Notes under the pieces: generated by a model
What the model was told of the DNA's origin: nothing
The model's input: the letters and a program-made list of their open reading frames with translations, nothing else
Database searches by the model: none
Program-made: the position numbers and the translations under genes
Part shown: in pieces, positions 47,291 to 60,194 of the stretch
Layout: each line of letters starts with the position of its first letter
Position numbering within the stretch: position 1 is the first letter of the stretch
DNA from: Euglena gracilis
Taxonomy: Eukaryota
Direction of reading: 5' to 3'
Assembly: GCA_039621445.1 (NCBI GenBank)
Contig: CP154954.1
Location: forward strand, 36,751,703 to 36,815,702
DNA length: 64,000 bases

Positions 47291-48395
47291 TCACACACAC
47301 ATACACACACACATGCACACGCACACATATACACACACGCGCGCACGCATATGCACCACAGCATGGTGGGTGGAATGCACACCACATGCAGAGCGGGCAA
47401 CATAGTTTGTGGTGCAGTTTGGGGGAGTTTGAGGGGCACTTTGGGGGGCTGAGGGGCACTGAAGGGGAGGCAGCGGCGGCCAGGCGGCGCAGGAGCGGGG
47501 GCAAGCGAAGGAGCGGGGGCGGGCTGCGCTCTTCCCCCACCTCCACCTGCCCACCGGTCCGCTCGCTGCCAGGTGTGTGCTGCTGCATCAATGGGAAGGG
47601 GGGCTGGGCTGTGTGCAAGTGTGCGCGTTCCGCTTCAGCAGAAAGAAACCGACAATGATATCAAGAAAAAGCACATGCAGCGGATTGCCTGGTTGCCCGG
47701 TTTTCAAATCAGAAATGCTGTGCCCCGCATAATCTCATGCTAGCTTTTTGGATAACATTTTTGTCATTGTTGGGGAGCTCCGGTGTTATTAGTTGCTTCC
47801 TGGAGCTTTGCACCGGAACACTTCTGTCATCTGCTTTTGTCAATTTGGCGAAAATCCCCCCGAAAATGCAATTTTGGGAGTTTTTTTGAAGCCACCCAAA
47901 AGATTGTGTGATCTGCTTTGGGCAGGGCTTTTCCCCCACCGGGGCTGTTGATCCCCCTCCCCCCACCCGGGGGTAGGGGGAGTGGGGTGGACCTGGTGGC
48001 TGCCCCCCTTGAAAACCTCATCACAGGGTGGACAAAAATTATGGCGGACAAGAAGTTTTGGGAACCCCTCCCCAAATTTTTCCATATTTATTCTTGCCGT
48101 AATGTTCGACCGGTGCTGGTTTCTGACCAACGCTCAGCACCTGTGTGACCCCTCCCCCTGCCTCCAATGGGTGGCTGAGTGGTTGACCCCACCGCAGGGA
48201 TGGGGTAGGTTTTTGCCTGGCTGAAGGCCAGCAGAATTTTTCTGTGTTTGCGGCCAGTTTGACTGGTGGGTGGGTGGGTGGATGGACGCTTGACCCCGGG
48301 GGGGGGGGGGGGTGGGTTTTCGAAAAAATGAAGGTGGGTTTGGTCTGTGAACGAGCCAAAGTATGTTCGACACATTGCAAAAAAGTGCTCAGAAG

Positions 48396-48689
48396 CAGGC
48401 TATATTTTAGTCGGGTACCGACCCCACCCCGGGGGGGGGGGTGCCTGCCTGGGCAGGCACTCCAAATCCGCCCCCCGGGGGGGGGGGGGTAGGGCACACG
48501 GCCAAAAGTGCCTTAGCACAACGCCTTTGGCGCCGGGGAGCCAAAAATGGCCTATTTTCAAAGGAATGTGCCTGGGCACAGGCCGAAATCCGACCCCCGG
48601 GGGGGGGGGGGGTAGTGCCTGCCTGGGCAGGCGCACACAGGCACTCCGGACCCCCCCCCTCCCCCCGGGGTTGGTAAAAAAACAGCGTG
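48396..48689. mobile_element. hAT-like MITE (CAGGC.ATATTTTAGTCGGG family)
   Basis: Imperfect TIR caggctatattttagtc / ggtaaaaaaacagcgtg. Perfect TSD CTCAGAAG. Confidence 0.9.
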
Positions 48690-49760
48690 CTCAGAAGTGG
48701 TTGAATACCAAATTTTACCAAAATATTTTTTTGTCCACTCCTGCTTTTTTGTTTGTCTAGCAAGCTCTTTGGCAATTTTTAGATGAAAATGAATATGAAG
48801 ACGGGAAAACCCAACACGTTAGTTTTGGGTCTGTTTGAGCCTGAGGGGCCTGAGGGCCTGAGGGGCTTGGAGGTTATTGAGTGTTTTCCCGTTGGTGGTG
48901 ACTGGTTTTTTTTTGTTGAAAGGGGGCTGCAGCACGCTGCAGTTTTCCCCAGAATTTGGTGTTGTTGGGGTTGTTGGAATCCTCAATTTTGGTTACCTTG
49001 GCCTCTGCGGAGGCTCCGCGGAGGCTGGGCACCTGCGGAGGCAACCAGTTTTGTATGCGGGCCACATCTGGAAAAAAAAATAAATAATGTTTTATGGGTT
49101 GACCACAACCTCCCCCCCCCACAGGCCCCCCCCCCCACCCCCCTCCCCTCTCCCCCCCTACAGCCCAACCCCCCTGCCCCTCCCCCCCTCCCCCGCTCCC
49201 CAATGACAGAATCTTTTTGTGTGGACAAAGTTTGATGGACATGACGTAAATGGCAAACTGGTAAACGGTAAAAGCAAATTCAGGTGGACAGGCTGTTTTT
49301 GTGGCAAACGGATAAATGGTTTTCAACAAGTTTGGCGGGCATGGCGTTAATAGCAAAGGGGTGAACAGTCTGCTCCACATCAGGCGGACATGGCGCTTTT
49401 GTGACAAATGGCAAATGGCGTTTTTATGCAAGCATGTGAGATGGAAAAAAAATGTTTTGTTTTTTTTGTGGGGATGTGGGCGGTGGCGGGGTGAAAACAA
49501 AATTTGAATTTTTTTAGGGGATACAAGGGCAAAAAAATGGAACGGTGGGGTAGGGGGTGGGGCAGAAACCCCCCAAATGTTTTTTGTTTAATTGCTTTTC
49601 TTGCGGAGAGTCGGGGGTGCAAAGATTAAAATACAATTCCTCTCTTTCTGGGCGTTAGTGTGGGGGCCGTGGGGAGGGTGTGCCCCCCCCAGGCATTTCA
49701 CGTGACAAATCCGCGTTCAGTTCTTGGTTCACACCATGCTCTGGCAAAATTGGTTGGGAG

Positions 49761-50124
49761 CAGACAATTGCTTAAGCACTGTCCCCCCCCCCCCCCCCCC
49801 CCCCCCGGGGGGGTGGGTGACTGGTTTTTTCACAGTGACTGACTGGTTTTTGGGCCCGGACCCCTCCCCCCCCCCCCGGGGGGGGTCGGCCAGGAGTGGG
49901 CAAAAGTGGCTTGAGTGACCCCGGCGCCGAAGGCGCCGGAAAATTTTTTTGGGCCTAAAATGGCCTAAAGTGACTGGAAAGTGGCCGTTTTTCTGAGTGG
50001 CCGCCCCCCCCCCCCCCCCGGTAGTGACTGGCTGGTTTTTTGAAAATGAGTGACTGACTGGTTTTTAAAAAAGTGGAGTGACCCCCCTCCCCCCCCCCCG
50101 GGGGGGGCGGTAAGCAATTGTATG
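49761..50124. mobile_element. hAT-like MITE (CA(G/T)ACAATTGCTTA family)
   Basis: TIR cagacaattgctta / taagcaattgtatg. Perfect TSD GTTGGGAG. Internal gtgactgactgg repeats. Confidence 0.92.
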
Positions 50125-50670
50125 GTTGGGAGGGGAATGGTGGGTGGGTCCGGCTGAGCGGAGTACATCCCCCGGGGAGGGCATACTTTTTGGTGCCAAA
50201 GGGGCAAACTTTTCTCAAAAGGCGTGCTTTTTAGCATTTTTCGTGATTTTTTGGCCATTTTCAAGGGAAAGTGAGGGGGTCCCCGGGACCCCCTGGGGGG
50301 CCTCCCCAAGGGGTGGGGGGAGGGGAGCCTGAGCCCCTTCCCTCAGCTCATGCTCCGCAGAAGCAACCCAAAAGTTAGGATTCTACTTGCGCGGTGGACG
50401 CATATGGTTGCTCCCCACCCCCCTCGGCATTCAGGTCCCCTCCACCATGCAGCGCCGCGCCGCCCATTGAGCCCAACGCCCACCTCCCCCTGCCAGTCCA
50501 ATGCCCCCTGCCACCAGAAAGCATCCCGCGGTTGTCATTTTTTTTTTTAGGAGCTGGACCTGTCTTTGGTGGCCATGCAATGCACTACAGGCAAAAAGTT
50601 GTGCACATACACATGAGAACGCTTGTGCACATACACATGCACAATACGCACCCACACCCACACCCACCCA

Positions 50671-50708
<38 letters not shown>

Positions 50709-50800
50709 AACACATATACACGCAAACACACATACACGCTTCCGCACACCCACGCCCACACCCACATACACATGTACACCCACACACACATGTACACACG

Positions 50801-50986
50801 TACCTCCCCCCCCCCCATGCCTAATGAACACCCCTGCCCAATGAACAGGGGGTGTTCGGACCGTCTAGATTGTCACCATATACCTTATCTACACAGAAAC
50901 CGTACCCCAAGCCCAATTATTACTCTTCCTTTTGGACCGTCAAGATTGTCACCTTAGTGTTCATTGGGCTTGGGGGGGGGGAGGTA
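50801..50986. mobile_element. TA-flanked MITE inserted in a (CA)n tract
   Basis: Same TIRs as 17992-18100. Absent from the duplicated region near 56040. Confidence 0.9.
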
Positions 50987-51159
50987 CGCACATGCACATG
51001 CGCAGCAAAGGTGGGTGGAACGCACATCTCATGCAGAGGGGACAACATAGTTTGTGGTGGTTTTGGTTTTCCTGGTTGGGTTTGTGTGAGCAGGGGGCAC
51101 TGAAGGGAGGCAGCGGCGGCCAGGCGGCGCAGGAGCGGGGGCAAGCGAAGGAGCGGGGG

Positions 51160-53340
51160 TGCTCAGACCATCTTTTTAACGGTCATCTTCTCGGGGAGGT
51201 GTATTTTGTGTGCATTTTTTAGATTTTTTTTGAGAAATTCGAATTTTTGGAGAATTTCTGAAGCCAGGTTCTTTCCCACATTTTGGCAAAGTGAGTACCC
51301 CCCCCCCCCCAAGTGCTCACCCATCTTTTCCGTCGATTAGACAGGGGGTTTGGCCGGCCAAGGTGATTGCTGAAAAAAAATAATGCTCCCCCCCCCAACA
51401 CCAAGAGGGGATTGCAGCCAGCCCATGGGCCACGCCAATGGGCATATGATGCCATTGCCAGGCACAATCCCACGCCACGCCAAGCTGGAAAGAAGCCAGC
51501 GTGGGCGACGGAGGGTTGAAAGTCCGTGTTGAGTTTGGTTCCTCCTCCTTGTCTTGTTGGTCCTCACGCTTGCCTTGCCACCTTCTTGGTCCTTTGCAAC
51601 CTTGCCACGCTGCAACCTTTCAACGCTTGCATTGGGCCTCTCTGATTGGCCCTCTTTCTGCTGTGCTCCCGTTTCGCGCCGCTTTCAATTGCCTTTCCAG
51701 CCGTGTGGTTGGCCTCCCTCTACCATGCCGTTGTTGGCATTTGCCTGCCCTTCAACCAGTTCCTCTTGCCACCTCTTGCCACCCCCTGCCATTTGCCACC
51801 TTGGGCCCAGCCAGCAATGGGTGAGTGCAAGAATGAATAATGATAATGAGGAAGGGAACATAAGGGTAAGCAGTGGGGGGTTAGCCAGTTTGGTGATTTG
51901 CCCTGGCATGTTGTCTGTTTGATCCGACTGACTGATGCTTGGATTGCCTGCTGACAAAATGTTTTGGGGGTGGCATTGGGCCAGGGCTGCAATCCCGGCT
52001 GCACCCACAGATGTTTGCTGAAGGAAAGTTGTTGTTTAAAGGGCAGAGCATCCCCCAGGCCGTATTTTAGTCGGGTGCCCCACCCCACCTTGGGGGGGGG
52101 GTGCCTGTCTGGGCAGGCACTCCCAATCCGACCCCCCCCCCGGAGGGGGGCTGGGGCACTTGGCCAAAATTGCCCTAGCACAGACCCGGCCAAAGGCGCT
52201 GGGGAGCCAAAAATGGCCTTTTTTCAAAGGAATGTGCCTGGGCACAGGCCAAAATCCGACTCCCCCCTGGGAGGGGGTTGTGCCTGCCTGGGCAGGCACT
52301 CAAAGGCACTCCGGACCCCCCCTCCCCACGGGGTCGGTAAGAAACAACCTTGCGCCCCCGGCGTTGATGAGGGCAGCCGGAGGCGGGCAGCGGCGGCAGC
52401 ATATCGCAAGCTGATGGCAGCCCAGAGGTGCGTGCGTGCGTGGGGCACTTGTCTCTCAAAACTTCAGACCAGGGTTTGATGCACGGTGCAATGGCTTCGG
52501 TTTTGCCGAAACGCCCGCTGCAGGGCCGACTGCATGGGGGATACCCCATGCAGTGGGGTGAAGCATACCCATCACCCCACCCACCTGCCACCCCAGAGGG
52601 CCCCATGAAGCGTCAAAATTTTCTTTTCCGGCACTCTGCACCGAAACTTTTTTGGCAATTTTCGGAAAAATTTGCCCCAAAATGTGCCCCAAATAATGTG
52701 TTGGGTCGATTTGAGGTGACATCCCCCCATCCCTTCTCGCCAGGCAAAAGATCAGTCTGTTTGGCCACCCCATTGTTCAGGTTGGTTGTTGATGATGATT
52801 TTGCCCCGGGTGTTTGCGAATGGGGGGGGGAAACGGTGGGAATACTGTGAAAGAGTTGGTGTCCGTCTCCAAACGGTTTTACACCAGGGGGTGGGGGCAG
52901 CTTCCGAACTGCTGGGATCAGCTTTCCTTCCATTCCTTCTCACCTTCAGACGGACTTGGTTGGGTTGTGCTGCCTCCCTTTCAGGGAATTCTGCTTTTTT
53001 ACATATGTTTTTTAAACTTTTTCAAGGGAGTTTCAACAGAGCTGGGTTGGGAAATGGAATTTTCCTGCTAGCAAACCAGACCTGTACACCTCCTCTGGGT
53101 TGTGCTTGGGAAATCGTCTCGAGTCCATTTGCTTGTTTATTTGGGGCATCCGCTCCCTTGGTGAAATCAGTTGCTTTCCTGAAGGAAATGAATCGATGAA
53201 AGAAGGCCGAGAAAGCGCTGCCAAAAGACAAGGTTGTTTTTGCAAAGTACAAATTTGGGTCCACCCACACACCAAAAGGACACAACGCAAACTTCTGGGG
53301 CAGGGGGGTCCGCCCATTTTGATCCGCAACCCAGCCACTT
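51160..53340 (-). pseudogene. Possible heavily decayed pogo/Tc1-like transposase element (second copy ~56345-58230)
   Basis: Minus-strand fragments in the order expected for pogo DDE_1 proteins: EKEW/EGKLIPAVRKL...FGDGHQ, SPPHS, GLQPWPN, then a K/A-rich tail. 51160-51345 resembles the interior of the TA-flanked MITE at 5980-6381. Many frameshifts; motif matches are weak. Confidence 0.35.
52056..52351. mobile_element. hAT-like MITE (CAGGC.ATATTTTAGTCGGG family)
   Basis: Colinear with 48396-48689. Flanks gcatcccc / gcgccccc (6/8). Partly deleted counterpart at ~57230-57307. Confidence 0.8.
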
Positions 53341-54084
53341 AGGGGGTGATGAGTCATCAAGGCAAAAATCTTCAGAAGTAGTTTTTTTAAGTCGTTTTTC
53401 TATGAAGGTTTTTATGAGGGTTTTTTAAGGCATTATCAAATTTTAAAGAATTTTTTAAGGCGTCTATTTTTCATGAACGGTCAAAGAGCCGAGTTTTGAG
53501 TGGCTGTACAATGTTCCAGCGATGCCAAAAAGCATTTTTTCCCCCGCAGTTGACCCGTTTTTGCCGAGTTTTTGCGATTTCTTTTTTTGCTCAAAATTCG
53601 GAGAAGTTTTCCCCAGCCAATTTTTTTCAGGTTTCTGAGGTTTTTGAAGGCCGCTTCATCATTCAGACGGGCCCAACAATTCTCCCCCCGTTCTTGCTTC
53701 CACGCCCGAGAGAGCCCTTGCCCCCCAACGCTCCCCCCCCCCCTCTCTCTCGGTGGTGTGCAGGGCGAGGACGTCCCTGGGGACCAGACTTGGCCGCCGC
53801 CGGAGCACTGGGCCAGCGCGGCGGGGAAGGCGGCCAGCTCCGCTGTGGCGGTCTGCCCCCCCCCCTGTTGGCGTGAATTGGGTTTCGCAACCCAACCCAC
53901 CACCGGCCCACCACCAGCCCCCACTGCCCCAGTGCTCCCCCGGATGCACGTGGGTTCATTGGGCCGAGCGCTCGATTAGGTAATTTGGTGCCCCACAAAC
54001 GATCTGGACGGCTGCCAGCCGACCGGACCCCCCCCCCAGACCCCCAAGGGGGGTCCAGCCAAGCGGCCTTCACTTTTTTCCAGC

Positions 54085-54333
54085 CAGGCTTGTGCTTAGT
54101 TGGGTGGCTACCCCACGGGGGGGGGGGGGGCGCTAGGGGCAGGCACCCCACCCATCCAACCCCCCGGGGGGGTCGGGGTTTTGGGGGTGCCTGCCCATAG
54201 CAGGCACCTCCCGGCGACGAAGGCGCCGGGGGCCCGGAAGAGGCCATTTTCAATGAAAATTTTCTGGGTCCCCCCACAAGCCCCCGGGGGATGTGTGTAG
54301 CACCCCCCCCCCCGGTCGGTAAGCACAAGCCTG
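54085..54333. mobile_element. hAT-like MITE (CAGGCTTGTGCT family) at the duplication junction
   Basis: Perfect 14-bp TIR CAGGCTTGTGCTTA. Flanks do not match (tttccagc / ttctgatc). Confidence 0.85.
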
Positions 54334-57300
54334 TTCTGATCTGCTTTGGGCAGGTCTTTTTCCCCCACCGGGGCTGTTGATCCCCCGTCCCCCCACCCGG
54401 GGGCAGGGGGAGTGGGGTGGACCTGGTGGCTGCCCCCTGAAAACTTTGTCACAGGGTGGACAAAAATTAGGTTGGACAAGAAATTTTGCAATATTCGCAA
54501 AATTTTACCATATTTATTCTTGTCATAACGTTCAACCAATGCCGGTTTCAACATTTAGCACCTGCGTGACCCCCCCCCCCCCGCCACCAGTTGGTGACTG
54601 GGTGGTTGGCCCCACCGCGGGGATGGGGTGCATTATGGGACAGGTTTTTTGCCCAGCCGGGCCAGAAATTTTTCCAGTGTTTTTGGCCGGTTTTGACTGA
54701 TGGGTTGGTGGGGTGGGCCCAGAAAAAAATGTGCCCTCCCCCCAGGTGTCACTGAGTGAATGTATGCTTCCGAAGCCTCAGCTTAAAATGACAAAAAAAT
54801 GGCTGGAAATGGCAAAAATAAAGACAACCATAAACGTTGGCAAATATTGGCGTTTGGTGGTTTTTTTGAGGTAACGTGGCCAGAATCTGTTCAATTTCCT
54901 CAGCGAAAAGCACGAGCAAAAAAAACAAGTTTGACACATTGCAAAAAAAAGTCTGCACCACATCAGGAGGACATGGTGTTTTTGTGGCAAACGGGGGGCA
55001 TGTGGGAGGGAGAAAAATGTTTTTTTTTTTTTGTGGGGATGTGGGCGGTGTTGGAGTGAAAACAAAATTTGAATTTTTAGGGAATACAAGAGCAAAAAAT
55101 GAAAAAAAATGTCTTTTTTTTGGTGGGGTTGGGGTGGGCAGAACCCCCCAAAATGTTTTTGTTTTGGTCTGTTTTTTTTTTTGCGGAGGGTTGTGGGTGC
55201 AAGAATTAAAACTAAAAATTCCCCTCTTTCTGGGTGTTAGTGTGGGGGGCGTGGGGAGGGTGTGCCCCCCAGGCATTTCACGTGACAAATCTGCGTTCAG
55301 TTCTTTGTTCACAACATGCTCTGGCAAAATTGCTCACCTGAGCCTCCACACAGGCTGGATATTTTAGGTTCAGGGCTTTTTCCATCTTGGACCCCGGGGG
55401 GTGTCCAGCTGAGCAAAGTTTTACAAGTACATTTTCCTTTTTGGTGCCAAAGGGTCGAAATTTTTTGAAAAAGCTGCTATTTTCAGCATTTTTAGCGATT
55501 TTTTGGCCATTTTCGGGAAAAGTGAGAGGGTCCCCCCCCCCCGGAACACTGGAAACCCCCCAGAGGGTGGGTGGGGGGACCCCCCGGTTCTTTTTAAAAA
55601 AAAAACCCGCTCAGGCTCCGCGGAGGCTGGTAACCCTGGGCTCTGCGGAGGCTACCAAAAAAGTCAGGATTCTGCTTGCGCGGTAGACCCCTGTGGTTGT
55701 CCCTCCCCACCCCCCTCGGCATTCAGGTCCGGTCCACCAATGCAGCGCCGTCGCGCCGCCTGTTGCCAGCCCAACGCCCACCTCCCCCCGCCAACCCAGC
55801 GCCCCCTGCCACCAGAAAGCAACTCGCGGTTGATGTTGATTTTTTTTGTGAGCTGTACGTGTTTTTGGTGGCCATGCAATGCACTGCAGGCAGAAAGCTG
55901 AGCATTTTTTTTGAGAATGCTTATCCACATGCAGACACATACGCACACATACAAACACATGTACACACAAACACACATACACGCTTCCGCACGCCCACGC
56001 CCACACACATACACACACATACACACACATGCACACATACTCACATGCACACATGCACACATGCACATGCACAGCAAAGGTGGGTGGAACGCACATCTCA
56101 TGCAGAGGAGACAACGTAGTTTGTGGTGGTTTTGATTTCCTGGTTTGGTTTGTGTGAGCAGGGGGCACTGAAGGGAGGCAGCGGCGGCGGCGCATTTTTT
56201 TTTTTTTTTTGTTTTTTTTTGTGGTTTTTTTTTTTTGGGTGTTGTTTTTTTTTTGTGTTTTTGTTCGGGGTTTGGTTTCGGTTTTGGGGGGGTGTTCGTG
56301 GGGTGTTGTTTGGGAAGCTGTTTTGGCCAAGCGAAGGAGCGGGGGTGCTCAGACCATCTTTTTAACGGTCATCTCCTCGGGGAGGTGTATTTTGTGCGTT
56401 TTTTTTAGAATTTTTTTCCGAAAAATTCGAAATTTTGGAGAATTTCTGAAGCCTGGTTCTTACCCACATTTTGGCAAAGTGAGTACCTCCCCCCAGTGCT
56501 CACCCATCTTTTCCGTCAATTAGACAGGGGGTTTAACCGGCCAAGGGCATTGCTGGAAAAAAAATAATGCTTCCCCCCCAAGACCAAGAGGGGATTGCAG
56601 CCAGCCCATAGGCCACGCCAATGGGCATATGATGCCATTGCCAGGCACAATCCCACGCCACGCCAAGCTGGAAAGAAGCCAGTGTGGGCGACGGAGGGTT
56701 GAAAGTCTGTGTTGAGTTTGGTTCCTCCTCCTTGCCTTGTTGGTCTTCACACTTGCCTTGCCACCTTGGGTCCTTTGCAACCTTGCCACGCTGCAACCTT
56801 TCAACGCTTGCATTGGGCCTCTTTGATTGGCCCTCTTTCTGCTATGCTCCCGTTTCGTGCCGCTTTCAATTGCCTTTCCAACCGTGTGGTTGGCCTCCCT
56901 CTACCATGCCGTTGTTGGCATTTGCCTGCCCTTCAACCAGTTCCTCTTGCCACCCCTTGCCATTTGCCACCTTGGGCCCAGCCAGCAATGGGTGAGTGCA
57001 AGAATGAATAATGATAATGAGGAAGGGAACAATAAGGGTAAGCAGTGGGGGTTAGCCAATTCGGTGGTTTGCCCTGGCATATGTTGTCTGTTTGATCCGA
57101 CTGACTGACGCTTGGATTGCCTGCTGACAAAATGTTTGGGGGGTGGCATTGGGCCAGGGCTGCAATCCCGGCTGCACCCACAGATGTTTGCTGAAGGAAA
57201 GTTGTTGTTTAAAGGGCAGAGCGCCCCCCGGAGGGTAATGCCTGCCTGGGCAGGCACTCAAATGCACTCCGGACCCCCCCCCCCCGGGGTTGGTAAAAAA

Positions 57301-58583
57301 CAACCTGGCGCCCCCGGCGTTGATGACGGCAGCCGGAGGCGGGCAGCGGCGGCCGCATATCGCAAGCTGATGGCAGCCCAGAGGTGCGTGTGTGCGTGGG
57401 CCCATGTCTGTCAAAATCTCAGACCAGGGTTTGATGTAGGGTGTCATGGCTTCGGTTTTGCCGTTACCCCTGACTGCAGGGAGGATGCCAATGACCCCAC
57501 CCACCTGCTCAGGGAAGGTGTCCAGACCGACCCCAGAGGGGCCCCCAGAGCGTCGAGATTTTCTTTTCCGGCGCCCTGCACGCAAACTTTTTTAGGCATT
57601 TTTCGGCAAAATGTGCCCCAAAATGTGCCCCAAATAATGTTTTGGGTTGATTTGGGGTGACATTCCCCCATCCCTTCTCGCCAGGCCAAAAGTCAGTCTG
57701 TTTGGCCGCCCTGTTGTTCAGGTTGGGGATTGACCATTTTGCCCCGGGTGCTTGCGAATGGGGGGAAAATGGTGGAAATCCTGTGAAAGAGTTGTATATC
57801 GTCTCCAAACGGTTTTACACCAGGGGGTCAGGCAGCTTCCGAACTGCTTGGATCAGCTTTCCTTCCATTCCTTTTCACTGCAGACGGATTTTCTGGGTTG
57901 TGCTGCCTTCCTTTCAGGAAATTATGTTTTTTTGCATAATATTTCTTGAAACTTTTTCAAGGGAGTTGCAACTGACCTGGGTTGGGAAATGGAATTCTCC
58001 TGTCTGGCAAACCAGACTCTTCTGGGTTGTGCCTGGGAAATCATCTTGAGTCCATTGTTTATCGGGGCATCCGCTCCCTTGGTGAAATCAGTTGCTTTCC
58101 TGAAAGAAATGAATTGATGAAACACTCCAAAAGGACACAACGCAAACTTCTGGGGCAGAGGTCGACATAAAGGCAAGGTTGGGGGGTCCGCCCATTTTGA
58201 TCCGCAACCCAGCCACTTAGGGGGTGACGAGCCATTAGGCAAAAATCTTCAGAAGTACTTTTTTTATGTCTTTTTTTTGAAGGTTTTTTTGAGGGTTTTT
58301 TAAGGCATTACCAAAATTTGAAGAATTTTTTAAGGCGTCTATTTTTCATGAGTGGTCAAAGTGCTTTTCGGACATCGAATCAACGTCGGTCCAGATTGAG
58401 AATCTTTTTTTTGAGCTTTGAGTGGCTGGACAATGTTCAAGCGATGCCAGAAATCTCATTTTTTCCCGCAGTTGACCTGTTTTTGCTGAGTTTTTGCAAT
58501 TTCTTTTTTTGCTCAGAATACGAAAATTTTCCCGGGCCATTTTTTTTTCAGTGTTTTCGGTTTGCCAGGGGGGGGGGGTCCAG

Positions 58584-58985
58584 CAGGGTTCGATATAAGG
58601 AGGGCGTACATGGTTTAGGTGGGGGGTGCCCCCCCCCCCCCCCCTCCTGGCCCGCGGGGGGGGTCCGGCCCCCCCCCCCACCTGCAAGGGGGGTCCCCGG
58701 GACCCCCCCAAAAAGGGTCAATTTTTTCCTCCGGCGCTTCGCGCCGAAAATTTTTTGCATTTTTGGTCAATTTTTGCCCAAAAAGTGCCCAAAGTGGCAC
58801 TTTTGGTCGTTTTGGGGGGTCAAAATTTTTCGGCCCGGCGCTTTGCGCCGGGCCGAAAATCGGTCACCCTGACCGCGCCACTGTTTAGGTGGGGGGTGTC
58901 CCCCCCCCCCCCCCCCCCCCCTCCTCGGCCCCGGGGGGGGGTTCCGCCCCCCCCCCCCCCCCCTCCTCTCCTTTTTCGAACCCTG
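58584..58985. mobile_element. hAT-like MITE (CAGGGTTCGATATAAGGA family)
   Basis: Colinear with 26755-27191. Flanks gggtccag / gggtccac (7/8). Confidence 0.92.
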
Positions 58986-59418
58986 GGGTCCACCCAAGTG
59001 TGCCTGCATGTTTTCCAGCCAGGATCTCCCAACCGGGTTGTGGACCCACCCTCAGGGTCCGCTGGGGAACACCCCGCTGTGGACCAGCCCGGCGAAGACC
59101 GAGAAAAAAAACCCTTGCATTCTCTCCCTCATCCATCCCCCCATTCTCAGGTGACAGGGCATTGACCTGCAAGGAGCTGTGTGCCTGGCCCTGGGTGGCC
59201 ACAGTTGCACTCCCTCAAGCCCCCTGGGAATTGGGAAGGTCCTCCAGGTGTTCCCCAACAAGAAGGCGCAGTATTTGCAGCCGAAGGACGGTTGTCTGGA
59301 AGGTGTGGCAATGCTGCCGTCTTTGTGGTTGTGTTCTAAAATGAGTTTCTTTTTTGAAGAGTGATGTAACCCCCCCATTTATAATCCCCTCATTAACCCC
59401 CCTGTTTTTGACCCCAAC

Positions 59419-59653
59419 CAGGGGTTTTTTTTTTAGCCTTGTGGACCCCTGGGGGGGGGTAGGGTGGGTGGGTTTGGCCGAGCCTCCCCCCCCTCACCCG
59501 GGGTGGGGGGTGGGATATATGTTTCGGTGCCGAAAGTTTTTGAAAAAGGTGCCATTCTTAGCATTTTTCGCGATTTTTTGGCCATTTTTGGGGGAAAAGT
59601 GGGTGGGATCCCCCCTCCCCCACTCCCGGTCTTTTTTTTAAAAAAAACCCCTG
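59419..59653. mobile_element. hAT-like MITE (CAGGGGTTTTTTTT family)
   Basis: TIR cagggg(t)n / (a)ncccctg. Flanks accccaac / cccccaac (7/8). Confidence 0.85.
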
Positions 59654-60194
59654 CCCCCAACCCCCAAATTGTGATTTATGACTCCCCCGAAGGCAAAAAA
59701 ATGCTGAGGAATCAAAAGGCAAAAATGTGCCAAAATTGTTGTGCTGAAAAAAAACAGGTGTGGGGTAGCCTGGCACTGAGGGGTTTTGGCAAAATCCCGT
59801 GAAATTGCCCAAAATATTTTGTTTTACCCCTCTGGTGCGCAAGTCAGGGGTATTTTTTGGGACGGTTTTTTGGGCCACACACCAAATCTCGATTTATAAC
59901 CCCCCCCCCCGCTTTGGACCGATGAAGAAAGTTAGTGGGGGTTTCAGAATTCCAAAAATGTCCAAAACAGCGGTCGTAGTATTTTTTTTTATTTTTGTTT
60001 GACGTGTGTTTGCCCCCCTCCCCCATCCGGCATTCTTGTGTTTCCGGAGGCGCTGATTTTGGGCCAAGCTTTTGTTTTGGCGCGGACGGAATTTTTTTTG
60101 TGTGGTGGGGTCGGGTCGTATCCCTCCCCTCAGCAGGCTTTCCCTTACAGCCCTGGGTTGGTTTGAGTCGGGGTCTGGGGCCGAGACCCCCCAC

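Larger units (their letters stand above)
47909..59020. repeat. Old tandem segmental duplication (units ~47909-54084 and ~54337-59020)
   Basis: Both units start tgatctgctttgggcagg and end gggtcca.ccaag...ttttccagcc, with long colinear blocks (e.g. 51160-52050 vs 56345-57225, and 52350-53640 vs 57305-58560). Confidence 0.88.
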
